From: Myxococcota bacterium
GTDB lineage: Bacteria > Myxococcota_A > UBA796 > UBA2385
Assembly: GCA_044344255.1 (NCBI GenBank)
Contig: JBIJDH010000005.1
Location: forward strand, 96,001-160,000
DNA length: 64,000 nucleotides
Reading direction: 5' to 3'
Positions within the stretch are counted from its first letter, which is position 1, and the number at the start of each line of letters is the position of its first letter. The position numbers and the translations under genes are program-made. Of the stretch, positions 27,613-37,146 are shown piece after piece. Under the pieces are notes generated by a model. The model searched no databases. It was not told the DNA's origin and saw only the letters and a program-made list of their open reading frames with translations.

Positions 27613-28962
27613 TCAGAGCCCCCAGCGGGTCTCGACCAGCACGTTGCGGGTGAGCAGCCACTGGCTGAGCAGGGCCCGGCTGGTGCTGATCGCCTCGTCG
27701 GTGCACTCGGTGCGGGGATCGGCCACGGCGAGGTCGGCGGTGAGCGCGGCCTGGGCCTCGAGGGTGGCGGTGAGGGCGGCGAGGTCGAGGCTGTCGAGGA
27801 AGGCCTCGGTGGCGTCGCGCTGATCGTAGGCGCAGTTCCCGTCTTGCAGGCAACCCAGGCCGAGGCGGCCCACGGGGCCCGTCCACTGGACGCCCCAGGC
27901 GCCGTCGAGGTTGAAGCTGTTGTCGAGACCCGCAGGCGCCAGCTCGGCGCCGCCAGTGGTGGGGTCAAAGTAGACGAAGTACTGGTCATGATCGAGGAAG
28001 TAGCCGTCTACCTGACCGATCCACTCTTCGACCGCCCACATGCGGTGCACCGCCTCCCAGTGGACCACGGCGCTCGTGGTGCCGTCGTACTCGGGGGTGC
28101 CGAGCGTGGACTCGATCGCGGCGGTCACGGCGAGGACGTCGGCCAGCGCGACGTCCTCGCCGGCGAGCAGGCGGAAGCCGCCGTCGAGCCCGGTCTGGAA
28201 GTCGACCGCGCTCTGGCTGCCATCTTCGGCGACGAGGTTCTGCCCGTCGTAGAGGTTGCCCGTCCCGTTGGCCCAGCCGCGGCGCGCGAAGGCGGAGTCT
28301 GCGGCCTCGACGACCACGTAGAGACCGAAGTCTTCACCGTTGAGGGTGAGCGAGCCGTAGCCCGTACGCTGCGCCGGAACGCCGCCCTGTCGGAACAGCG
28401 CGCTGCCGATGGAGCGCTTGAGGCCGGAGCAGTCCTCGAGCGCGTTGTCGAGCACGAGGGCGGACATGCCCGTGAGGCGAGCGTCGGGGTCGTAGGCGTC
28501 GAACTGCAGGCGCAGCTCCGGCTTGCCTGCGAGCGAGCGGAAGGTGGGCCCGGCGCCACCGAGGCGGAGGCCGACGGGCTCGATCTCCTCGCCGTCGAGG
28601 GTGAAGCGGGCCTCGACCATCGCGGTGGGGTCGGCCTCGAGCGCGGCGACCGCTTCGGGCTCGACGCGGAGGCTCATGGTGTGGATGACGGTGGGGTCGA
28701 AGACCCAGTCGTCGTCGGGCAGGGTGTAGGAGCCGACGTCTTCGACGATCCAGTCGGGGCCGGTGTCGGGGTCTCGAACGGGGGCGGTGACGCCGGGGAC
28801 GGGGTCGCGCAGGCCATCGGCGCCCGGCAGGGGGGAGCAGCCGGCGAGGGTGAGCGCGCCGAGGGTGAGCGCGCCCTGGCCGATCGCGATCCAGCCGGGG
28901 CAAGGCGCATGAGCGCCCCGCGGAGAGCGACGCCACGGGCGCCGCTCAGGGAGCGGCTTCAT
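27613..28962 (-). CDS. CotH-kinase-family lipoprotein (degenerate motifs)
   Basis: LAGC lipobox; VFDPTVIH, VGLRLGG, LNGEDFGLYVVVE, DGY, APAGLDNSF follow the CotH layout. Confidence 0.75.
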   Translation of the reverse strand: MKPLPERRPWRRSPRGAHAPCPGWIAIGQGALTLGALTLAGCSPLPGADGLRDPVPGVTAPVRDPDTGPDWIVEDVGSYTLPDDDWVFDPTVIHTMSLRVEPEAVAALEADPTAMVEARFTLDGEEIEPVGLRLGGAGPTFRSLAGKPELRLQFDAYDPDARLTGMSALVLDNALEDCSGLKRSIGSALFRQGGVPAQRTGYGSLTLNGEDFGLYVVVEAADSAFARRGWANGTGNLYDGQNLVAEDGSQSAVDFQTGLDGGFRLLAGEDVALADVLAVTAAIESTLGTPEYDGTTSAVVHWEAVHRMWAVEEWIGQVDGYFLDHDQYFVYFDPTTGGAELAPAGLDNSFNLDGAWGVQWTGPVGRLGLGCLQDGNCAYDQRDATEAFLDSLDLAALTATLEAQAALTADLAVADPRTECTDEAISTSRALLSQWLLTRNVLVETRWGL

Positions 28963-29491
28963 TCGATGCTCCCGGGCTGCCCCGGTAGGTGAAGGTGAAG
29001 CAGCCGGCGCTCTCGCAGCAGTCGGTGACCCGCGCGATGCTGGTGTCGCTCTCCATCTCGCCGTACTGGAGCAGCACCGCGTGTCCGTTCGGGTCACGGA
29101 GCCCGACGCTGCCGCCCACGCCGTCGAGGGCGAAGCGGAGGTGGGTGGCGCCGAGCTCGGGGTGGGCGTCGGCCCAGAGCAGGAGGAAGCCGCCCGCAGC
29201 GACGCTGAGGCCGTCGAGGGACTGCAGATCGGGCTTGTCGGGGTCGTTCGTGAGGGTCCAGCCGTCGAGCGCCACGTCGAAGCCGGTCGGGTTGTGGAGC
29301 TCGAGCCAGTCGGGCTTTCGCCCGAGCTCATCGACCACGCTGCCGAGGTTGACCGGCATGAGCTCGTTCAGGCAGAGGGCGGGCCTGCGCGGGGCGGCGG
29401 GCGCCCCGCCCGTGTCGTCGGCGGACGTGTCGCCTCGCGCGGCGGCGGGCGCGTTCTCGGGGGTACAGGCGAGGATCAGGGCGAGCCACAC
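28946..29491 (-). CDS. Lamin-tail-domain (LTD) lipoprotein
   Basis: LILAC; LNELMPVN, DWLELHNP, LDGWTLT, FLLLWAD, GSPGASN. Confidence 0.85.
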   Translation of the reverse strand: MWLALILACTPENAPAAARGDTSADDTGGAPAAPRRPALCLNELMPVNLGSVVDELGRKPDWLELHNPTGFDVALDGWTLTNDPDKPDLQSLDGLSVAAGGFLLLWADAHPELGATHLRFALDGVGGSVGLRDPNGHAVLLQYGEMESDTSIARVTDCCESAGCFTFTYRGSPGASNEAAP

Positions 29492-29607
29492 GCGGGCAGT
29501 CTACCATCGCCGGCGCGGGTCGGCCCCCGCCGCCCTCCGCCCGGGTGGAGGCGGCGCACGCACCCCGTGGGGAGCGCCGGTTATGGCGGGGAGGAGGGTC
29601 GTGCCCG

Positions 29608-30864
29608 ATGGACAGCCACAGCACCTTCATCCATGAGGAGTCGCCGGCGCCGGCGGTGACCGCCCCCGTCGGGCAGCTCCCGATGGAGATGGAGCGGGCG
29701 CTCGATCGGGGCCCCGGGGAGTCGGAGGGCCGCTACCACAACCTCGGCCCGATCGGTCGGGGTGGCACGAGCGTCGTTCTGGCCGTCGAGGATCGGCTCC
29801 TGCAGCGGGTCATCGCGGTCAAGCGCCTGCTCCCCGAGCACAGGGCGCGCCTCGGCCCGAGCTTCCTCCGGGAGGCGCGGGTGACGGCCTCGCTCTGCCA
29901 CGCGGGCGTGATCCCGGTCTACGACTTTGGGGAGGACAGCCAGGGCTGCCCCTACATGACCCTCCAGCGCATCCAGGGGGAAGACCTCGCCGCCCGAGCT
30001 CGCCGCGAGGGGCCGCTCGGCCCGGGCCCGCGGCTCGACGGCGCGCTCTCCAACCTGATCGCCGCGACCCACACCGTGGAGTTCGCGCACCAGCAGGGCT
30101 GGATCCATCGAGACCTCAAGCCGGCGAACCTCCTCGCCGGGCCCCACGGTCAGCTCTGGGTGGCGGACTGGGGCATCTCTCTGCACCGCAGCCGCTGGGA
30201 GAGCCCGTCCTCCCAGATCGCGGGCACCCTGAACTACATGAGCCCCGAGCAGGCCGCCGGCGGGCCCTGTGACCCCCGCACCGACATCTATGGTCTCGGG
30301 GCGTGTTTGTTCACGCTGCTCACGGGTCGAGCTCCGCACGGGGGGGATCGTGAGCACGTGCTCCGGCGGCTCCGCAGCGGTGATCCGGTCTCCCCCCCAG
30401 CCTTCCTCGGTGACATCCCGCACAGCCTGATGGAGCTCGCGCTCCTGTGTCTGCACCCCTCCCCCGAAGGGCGCCCGCCGTCGGTCGCCGCCCTCCGCGT
30501 CGCCCTCGAGCGGGCCCGGTCGGGCGACTGGATGCTGCCCCAGATCGACTATGCGGAGGGGGCCGTGATCGTGCGCGAGGGGGAGCCGGGTGACAGCGCC
30601 TTCCTCATCGTCTCGGGGGAGGTGACCGTGGAGAAGGAGGGGCGGATCATCCGGGTGATGCACGCCGACGAGGTCTTCGGTGAGATCGCCCCCCTGCTGG
30701 CCGGCAACCGCACGAGCACGGTCCGCGCGCGGACGGCGGTGCGCCTCGCGGTGCTCACCCGCGAGCGCCTCGAGGCGGAGCTGGCCCTCGGCAGCCTCGG
30801 GGGGCGCTTCGTGCGGGCCCTGGCCTCCCGCCTCGCGAGCGCGCAGGCGCCCGGCGTCGTCTGA
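29608..30864 (+). CDS. Hanks-type Ser/Thr kinase with C-terminal cyclic-nucleotide-binding domain
   Basis: IGRGG, AVK, HRDLKPAN, DWG, YMSPEQ; cNMP domain EGEPGD...FGEIA...RTSTVRA. Confidence 0.9.
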   Translation: MDSHSTFIHEESPAPAVTAPVGQLPMEMERALDRGPGESEGRYHNLGPIGRGGTSVVLAVEDRLLQRVIAVKRLLPEHRARLGPSFLREARVTASLCHAGVIPVYDFGEDSQGCPYMTLQRIQGEDLAARARREGPLGPGPRLDGALSNLIAATHTVEFAHQQGWIHRDLKPANLLAGPHGQLWVADWGISLHRSRWESPSSQIAGTLNYMSPEQAAGGPCDPRTDIYGLGACLFTLLTGRAPHGGDREHVLRRLRSGDPVSPPAFLGDIPHSLMELALLCLHPSPEGRPPSVAALRVALERARSGDWMLPQIDYAEGAVIVREGEPGDSAFLIVSGEVTVEKEGRIIRVMHADEVFGEIAPLLAGNRTSTVRARTAVRLAVLTRERLEAELALGSLGGRFVRALASRLASAQAPGVV

Positions 30865-30921
30865 CCTCGCGGCGCGGCGCCTCGGGGGTGCTATCCTCCA
30901 CGGTGGAGGCGCTGAAGCTTC

Positions 30922-31827
30922 ATGGCCGCTCGATCCTCGTCGCTCGCCGCGCTCCTGTCCCTCTCGGCGCTCGCCTGTGGAGGGGAGGGTGTTGCCCGCG
31001 GCGACGCTGCGGGGGAGGCTGCCGGGCGCTGTGAGGGCGGGGAGCCGCTCATCTTCCTGGTGCGGACGCTGGCCTTCGCCCGGGTCGACGAGGCGGGCGT
31101 CTCCTCGGGCTTTGACCTCGACGGGGCGGTGAGCGACGGGAGCGACGCCCAGGGCTGCGGCGTCACCGACTTTGTCAGCCCGGAGGGGGCGGCCGGCGTC
31201 GACAACGGCTGGGCCGGCGTCCAGCCCGCGCTCGACCTCACCGAGGCGGTGGCGATCGAGAGCCTCGTGCAGAGCAGCATCGAGGCGGGCAACCTCCTGA
31301 TCCTGGCCGAGATCACCGGAATCGATGATCTCGAGGACGACGACTGCGTGAACCTGCGCATCCTCCGAGCCTCTGGCACACCGATGCTCGGCACCGACGG
31401 CCTCATCTTGTCGGGGCAGACCTTCGACGTCGAGGAGGGCATCCCCGCCGTCACCGTGGCCGGGGCGCGCATCGAGGGCGGAGCGGTGCTCGCCGGCCCG
31501 CTCGACCTCGCGATCCCGATCACCGTCTTCGATGTCTCCCTCGACTTCCTGTTCACGCGCGGGGGGTTTCGTCTCGACCTCGAAGACCGCGAGCACGGGA
31601 GCGGCGTGATGGGCGGCGGCACGAGCACCGCCGACCTCGTCACCGTCGCCGAGGCCAACGACGCAGAGGGCCTGCTCGGCGGCATCATGAAGTCCCTCCT
31701 CGATCAGAACGCCGACCTCTGGCCCGACGATCAGGGCGTCTGTCAGGACATCTCGGTCAACTTCGAGCTCGACGCCGTCTCGGCCTTCCTCTACGACAGC
31801 GCCGCCGCGAGGGCCCCTCGCAGGTGA
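30922..31827 (+). CDS. Hypothetical lipoprotein (myxobacterial GFDLDG...GVDN type)
   Basis: ALAC lipobox; SGFDLDG and GVDN motifs; typical high-GC codon pattern. Confidence 0.7.
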   Translation: MAARSSSLAALLSLSALACGGEGVARGDAAGEAAGRCEGGEPLIFLVRTLAFARVDEAGVSSGFDLDGAVSDGSDAQGCGVTDFVSPEGAAGVDNGWAGVQPALDLTEAVAIESLVQSSIEAGNLLILAEITGIDDLEDDDCVNLRILRASGTPMLGTDGLILSGQTFDVEEGIPAVTVAGARIEGGAVLAGPLDLAIPITVFDVSLDFLFTRGGFRLDLEDREHGSGVMGGGTSTADLVTVAEANDAEGLLGGIMKSLLDQNADLWPDDQGVCQDISVNFELDAVSAFLYDSAAARAPRR

Positions 31828-31940
31828 CAGCTTGGCAAGAATCGGCGGGCGCCGGGGCGGCTTCGGTCGCTCGGGATACCGCGTTGGCCCCGGCCGTGGC
31901 AGGCTGGGTTGTCGCTTGATCGCTCCCTCGCGAGGTCTCG

Positions 31941-33653
31941 ATGTCCCGCTTGCCCCTGCTCCTCCTCCCCTGCGCGCTGTTCTCCGCTTGCAAGAAGGAG
32001 GAGGCCCTGGCGGACAAGGGGGTCAAGGCGAAGGTCGTGCCCTCCCTCACCATCACCTCCCCCGAGGCGGCAGACTGGCTCGCGCCCGGCGACGTCACGG
32101 TGGAGGGCACCAGCGCCTATGTGGAGCGGGTCGACGTCAACGGCGCCGCCGCGGCCTTCTCCAACGGTGACCGCTCTTGGAGCGTGCCCGCCACCCTCGA
32201 GCGCGGCATCAACCTCATCGACGCCCGCGGCTACGAGGATGACGGCGATGAGCTCGTGGCCAAGGTGGGCGTGCTCGCCGGCACCTTCGGTGACCCAGGC
32301 GTGCCCGTCGAGGACGCCATGCTCCTCCGGGTGAACCAGAGCGGCATCGACGAGATCCTGGGCTTGGTCGACAGCTACCTCTCCGTCGAGTCGATCAACG
32401 ACATCGCGGTGGGGATGGGCTCCCTCTACAACACAGGCGCGCTGGGCCTCACGCTCGACGCCTACATCGACTCCATCGACTTCGGCACGCCCACCTTCGT
32501 GGCCACCCCCGAGACGGGCAAGCTGCACCTCGACGTGGTCATCCCCGACCTCCTCGTCGACATGCGGGTCGAGATCACCGGCTGGACCGACGGCACCATC
32601 CCCGCCGCCGTCTATGCAGACTCCGCGCGCCTCAGCGCCGATCTGCTCGTCAACGCCGAGGACGGCCGCCTCTCGGTGGACATGGTCGACCCCTCCATCG
32701 AGCTCGAGGGCTTCGGCTACGACATCACCCTGCCCGACTGGCTCACCTGGGTGGACTGGGTGGCGGATCTGTTCACAGGCACCGTCCAGGGGACGCTGGA
32801 AGACCTGCTGATCGAGCAGCTCCAGACCCAGGTGCCGGCGCTGCTCGACTCCACCCTCGCTGGCCTCGACCCCTCCTTCGAGACCGAGCTGATGGGCAAG
32901 GCGCTCTCCCTCGAGGCCGCCTTCGCCGACGCCGACGTCGATCGGGACGGCATCACGCTCACCCTCGATGTGAACGTGACGATGCCGTCGGACGGCACCC
33001 AGAGCTACCAGGGCTACCTCCTCGCCGCGGGCGACGCCCCCGAGGTCGACCGCACGGCCGACATGGCGGCGGGCGTCTCCGACGACCTGCTCAACCGGCT
33101 GCTCTTCGAGGTCTGGCGGGCCGGCCTGCTCCAGATGGAGATCTCGAGCGAGGACATCTCGCTGCTCTCGCTCATCTTCGAGAAGCTGCACGCCACGGGC
33201 GGCTCGATCGCCCTCGACGCCCGACTGCCGCCGGTGATCATCGAGCAGGACGGCCAGCTCCAGCTCCAGGTGGGCGAGCTCGACACCCGCATCACCACCC
33301 CCGACGGCGAGTTCGGCACCGAGCTGCTCATCAGCATGACCGCCTTCGTCAACATCGAGCCCAAGCTGGAAGACGGGGTCCTCGGCGTAGAGCTCGGGGA
33401 CGCTGACCTCGACCTCACCGTCAAGGACAGCAACTGGGGCGTCGATCCAGACACCATCACCAACATGGTCAACGAGGCCCTCCCCGAAGACCAGGTCAAG
33501 CTGATGCTCAACGCCGCCGTGGTCTCCCTCGTGAGCATCGAGATCCCCGCCCTGCTCGGCTTCGAGCTCGACAGCGCCACCGTGGCCCGCGACGCGGGCG
33601 GGGCCTACTCCGACATCGAGGCCGACGTGGTCTACGTCGGCGTCGAGGAGTAG
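31941..33653 (+). CDS. Lipoprotein with Ig-like domain and LBP/BPI/CETP (TULIP)-like region
   Basis: FSAC lipobox; ITSP...LERGIN Ig-like domain; LRVNQSGIDEI and GVSDDLLNRLLFEVWRAGLL resemble the LBP/BPI N- and C-domain signatures. Confidence 0.65.
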   Translation: MSRLPLLLLPCALFSACKKEEALADKGVKAKVVPSLTITSPEAADWLAPGDVTVEGTSAYVERVDVNGAAAAFSNGDRSWSVPATLERGINLIDARGYEDDGDELVAKVGVLAGTFGDPGVPVEDAMLLRVNQSGIDEILGLVDSYLSVESINDIAVGMGSLYNTGALGLTLDAYIDSIDFGTPTFVATPETGKLHLDVVIPDLLVDMRVEITGWTDGTIPAAVYADSARLSADLLVNAEDGRLSVDMVDPSIELEGFGYDITLPDWLTWVDWVADLFTGTVQGTLEDLLIEQLQTQVPALLDSTLAGLDPSFETELMGKALSLEAAFADADVDRDGITLTLDVNVTMPSDGTQSYQGYLLAAGDAPEVDRTADMAAGVSDDLLNRLLFEVWRAGLLQMEISSEDISLLSLIFEKLHATGGSIALDARLPPVIIEQDGQLQLQVGELDTRITTPDGEFGTELLISMTAFVNIEPKLEDGVLGVELGDADLDLTVKDSNWGVDPDTITNMVNEALPEDQVKLMLNAAVVSLVSIEIPALLGFELDSATVARDAGGAYSDIEADVVYVGVEE

Positions 33654-34627
33654 GGCGCCCCGGCGGGCACGCCTACCACCCGGCCCGCCAGCCACCAGGA
33701 GAGGAGCACCAGCGGGATCGAGGCCAGGCCGTCCGAGAGGTAGTGCCAGCCGAAGGCGAGCGTGGCGGCCCAGGTGAGCAGGGTGACGGGCACATAGAGC
33801 GGCAGCAGCCGCCGATGGTGCGTCCAGGCCGCGCGGCAGAGCAGCATGCAGTGTCCGACGTGCAGGCTCGGTAGCGCGGCGATGCCCACGAAGGCCCGGG
33901 CGGTGACGGGCTCCCCGGCCGCGGCGGCCGCGACCGCCGCGGTGTGGCTCTTGAGCAGCCACTCCTGGTTCGACCAGCTCTGGAGGCCCTGGTCGCGCAG
34001 CCAGGTGTAGGCCTCGCGGTCGGCGAAGCAGGGGCCGAGGGTGGGCCAGGCGGCCGTGAGCGCCACCCCCATCAGGTAGAGCAGGCCCATCGCGGTGACG
34101 AGGCGACGGAGGCCCAGGAGCTCGCGGTCGAGGAGGAGGAAGACCGAGAGGGTGAGGAAGATGTAGTCGTGGTGGTAGATGTCGTCGAGGAAGGCCATGA
34201 GCGCGGTGTTCGAGCTCAGGCCGAGGGCGGCGGCGCTGAGGTCGACCCCGGTGACCGCGGTCTCGAAGGCGCGCAGCGCCTCGTCATGGACGGCACCGTT
34301 CAGGATCGGGATGCGGGCCTTGATGTTCGAGTAGACGGTGAGGTAGGCGAAGAGGAAGGCCGTGCTGCGCAACAGGGCGATGTCGTTGGCGAAGCCCACG
34401 TTGTCCGGCTGACCACCCTTCCGCCGGCGCCAGGCGTGCCGCAGGCGGGTGGCCGTGAAGAGGAGGGCCAGGTTGAAGCCGAACATCGTGCTGTAGCCGT
34501 CCACGATGCGGCTCACCTGGAAGCCGAGGCCGGCCGCCTGGAAGCCGACGCCCACGAGCAGCAGGATGAGGCCGATCAGGCGCTCCTCCGGCAGCAGTCC
34601 GTCCCAGATCGCGCGCAGCACCTTCAT
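33632..34627 (-). CDS. PAP2-superfamily membrane enzyme (inositol-phosphorylceramide-synthase/Aur1-like)
   Basis: PTLGPCF, ALPSLHVG, GWHYLSDG catalytic motifs; several TM helices. Confidence 0.85.
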   Translation of the reverse strand: MKVLRAIWDGLLPEERLIGLILLLVGVGFQAAGLGFQVSRIVDGYSTMFGFNLALLFTATRLRHAWRRRKGGQPDNVGFANDIALLRSTAFLFAYLTVYSNIKARIPILNGAVHDEALRAFETAVTGVDLSAAALGLSSNTALMAFLDDIYHHDYIFLTLSVFLLLDRELLGLRRLVTAMGLLYLMGVALTAAWPTLGPCFADREAYTWLRDQGLQSWSNQEWLLKSHTAAVAAAAAGEPVTARAFVGIAALPSLHVGHCMLLCRAAWTHHRRLLPLYVPVTLLTWAATLAFGWHYLSDGLASIPLVLLSWWLAGRVVGVPAGAPYSSTPT

Positions 34628-34673
34628 CCTCGACGTCCTTGTCTGTGCACGGGGCCACCTCTCTCGACGGGGG

Positions 34674-37043
34674 TCACTCTTCAGGGATCTCGCTGGGGTC
34701 GTCCGGGGGCTCTTCGGCGTCGGGCTCGGCCCCCTTCACCGCCGGGACGACGGTGACCTGCGCGATCTTGTGCAGCGTCGCGGTGCCGACGGCGCCGGGC
34801 ACGGCGGCCCCGCTCCAGGTGGTCCAGCCGACCCGCACCACCGCCTCCCCCTCGGGGACGTCGCGGGGGATCTTGAGGCGGAAGGTGTCCTCGACGGTGC
34901 GGCCGGGCGTCCACTCCCAGGTGGGGAGCTGGCCCGCCAGCGGGACCACGCTCGTCGCCCAGCGCGCCTCACCCACCTCGAGCACCGCGCGCAGCCTCCA
35001 GGTCTGGGCCAGGGGCTCGGTGGGGCGCCAGCGGCAGGTCATCCAGAGGCCCTGGTTGCGCACGGCCAGCTTGCCCTCGGTGCTGCAGGTGACGAGCTCC
35101 ATCCCGCCCTCCCAGCGGGCGATGGCGCCGCGGGGGTCGTCGGTCTGGACGCTCGCCTTCCACCGCTCGAGGAGGGCGGTGCTGCGGCCGTTGACCGTGG
35201 CCCGCCAGCCGCGGAGCGCGGCCCGCGCGGGGTCATCGGCCGGGAGGGGCTCGCCCCGCTCTTCGAGGGGGTCGCTGGAGAGGTCGTAGCGGAGGAGCGG
35301 GCCGTCCTGGTAGAGGTCGACCACCTTCTGGTCGCCCGCGCGCGCGGCGAGGCAGCGGAAGGAGCGCCAGCAGGAGTGGTAGAGCGGCCGGTCCGCAGGG
35401 ACGTCGGAGAGCAGGCTCTGGCCGGGGAGCCAGCCCCCGGTGCGCTCGGCGCCCACGAGCTCGAGCACGGTGGGCAGGATGTCGGTCTGGTCGCGGTTGC
35501 CCTCGATCCACCCGGTGCGGCCGCCGAGGACACCCGGGCCGTAGAGCACCATCGGCACGTGCAGGCCCTCGTCGTAGATGACGAGGTCGTGCTGGAAGCG
35601 CCCGTGCTCGCCGAAGGCCTCGCCGTGGTCGCCGACGACGATGAAGAGGGTGTTGTCGGCGAGGCCGCGCTCCTCGTAGCCCCGGATGAGGCGGCCGAGG
35701 AAGTCATCGACGTAGCGGACCGCGTCCTGGTGCTTGGCGGCGTCCCCCGTGAGGCCGGGGACGGCGACCGGCGGCCAGTCCTCGGGCACGCCGTAGTCGT
35801 GGTGGGAGGTCAGGGTGAGGTAGGTCGCGAAGAAGGGCTGGTCGGCGATGGCCTCCGCTCCTTCGGCCGCGCCGCTCGACCAGTCGAGGCCCGGGAGCAG
35901 CATCGCCGCGTCCTCCCGGCCAAAGTAGTTCACCTTGTCGAAGCCCTTGCTGGATAGGGTCTCCCGCGAACGGAAGAGGTCGAAGCCCATGTTGTGGACG
36001 AGGGTGTGGCGGTCTTCGAAGTCGCCGCTGGCAGTCTGAAAGAAGGCCGTGCGGTAGCCGAGCTCGCCCAGGAGCTCGGGTAGGCAGCGGCCGGGCATCC
36101 CGCCGGGGAGGGCCTCGATGATGCGGTAGTCGAGGCGGGCCACCTGACCGCAGAGGAGGGTGGTGATGGCCTTCGAGGTGTGCGGGACGATGGCGTAGAG
36201 CGAGCGGACGGCGAGGCCCTCAGCGGCGAGGCGGTCGAGGGTGGGCGTGGCCGGGCTCGGCGTCAACAGGGCCGGGTTGTACAGCGAGGTGTGGCGGGCG
36301 CCGGTGGACTCGAGGGCGACGAGGACCACGTTTGGCGGCCGCTCGGGCGCGTCGCGGCGAACCGTGATGGGCTCCAGGGTCTCCTTGGCGGGGGGCGCCT
36401 CGACGTCGTTCTTCTCGTTCTGGATGTCGTCCCAGAGCTGCACGAAGACCTGGTTCGACAGGGTTCGGAGGGGGGTGCGGGCGCGGGTGCCCGGGGCGAC
36501 GGCGTCGAAGATCGGGAGGGCGAAGAGCAGGGCCGTGGCGAGCAGCGTCGGCCGCCAGGCCACGGGCCGGGGCCGCCAGAGGGTGACGGCGAGGGTCGCG
36601 AGCAGCGTGAGCAGGGCGCCCGCGAGGTGGCCGGCGTGGATCTCAGACATCACCACCGGCAGCATCTGCTCGGCCGCCCCCAGCAGCTCGCGGATCGCGT
36701 CCCAGTCGGCGCGGGAGCCGGTGACCTTGGCGAAGCTCAGGTCGAGCATCTCGAGGACGGTGATGATCAGCGTGAGCGTGTGGAAGAGGGGCCGCAGCCC
36801 GGCGGAGACCCGCGGGGGGAGCAGGCGGAGGCCGAACAGCCAGGCGCCCACCCAGCCCGTCCAGAAGGCGAGGTCTTCTCGGCTCACCCGCCAGAGCTGG
36901 GTGGGGCCTGCCCTCGGCGAGAGGCTGAGGCAGACGAACACCCGCGTGACCGCCACGAGCGTCATCGGCACGAGGCCCCCCACGAGGACGGGCCAGACAT
37001 GGGCGCCGCCGCTTCGTGCGTCCGGGGTCGGCTGGTCCGCCAA
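34674..37043 (-). CDS. LTA-synthase/sulfatase-like membrane protein with C-terminal beta domain
   Basis: Five N-terminal TM helices; PNVVLVALES, PHTSKA (Thr nucleophile), SHHDY, GDHGEAFGEH; start codon uncertain. Confidence 0.85.
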   Translation of the reverse strand: MADQPTPDARSGGAHVWPVLVGGLVPMTLVAVTRVFVCLSLSPRAGPTQLWRVSREDLAFWTGWVGAWLFGLRLLPPRVSAGLRPLFHTLTLIITVLEMLDLSFAKVTGSRADWDAIRELLGAAEQMLPVVMSEIHAGHLAGALLTLLATLAVTLWRPRPVAWRPTLLATALLFALPIFDAVAPGTRARTPLRTLSNQVFVQLWDDIQNEKNDVEAPPAKETLEPITVRRDAPERPPNVVLVALESTGARHTSLYNPALLTPSPATPTLDRLAAEGLAVRSLYAIVPHTSKAITTLLCGQVARLDYRIIEALPGGMPGRCLPELLGELGYRTAFFQTASGDFEDRHTLVHNMGFDLFRSRETLSSKGFDKVNYFGREDAAMLLPGLDWSSGAAEGAEAIADQPFFATYLTLTSHHDYGVPEDWPPVAVPGLTGDAAKHQDAVRYVDDFLGRLIRGYEERGLADNTLFIVVGDHGEAFGEHGRFQHDLVIYDEGLHVPMVLYGPGVLGGRTGWIEGNRDQTDILPTVLELVGAERTGGWLPGQSLLSDVPADRPLYHSCWRSFRCLAARAGDQKVVDLYQDGPLLRYDLSSDPLEERGEPLPADDPARAALRGWRATVNGRSTALLERWKASVQTDDPRGAIARWEGGMELVTCSTEGKLAVRNQGLWMTCRWRPTEPLAQTWRLRAVLEVGEARWATSVVPLAGQLPTWEWTPGRTVEDTFRLKIPRDVPEGEAVVRVGWTTWSGAAVPGAVGTATLHKIAQVTVVPAVKGAEPDAEEPPDDPSEIPEE

Positions 37044-37146
37044 TTGGGCTCCTGCTGCGGCCGGGCGGGTCGGGAGGGGGCCCGCGCCGGGGGTGAAGGG
37101 CCCCTATACCGAACCGCCCGCCGCGAAGCCACGGCGGGGCGGCCGC

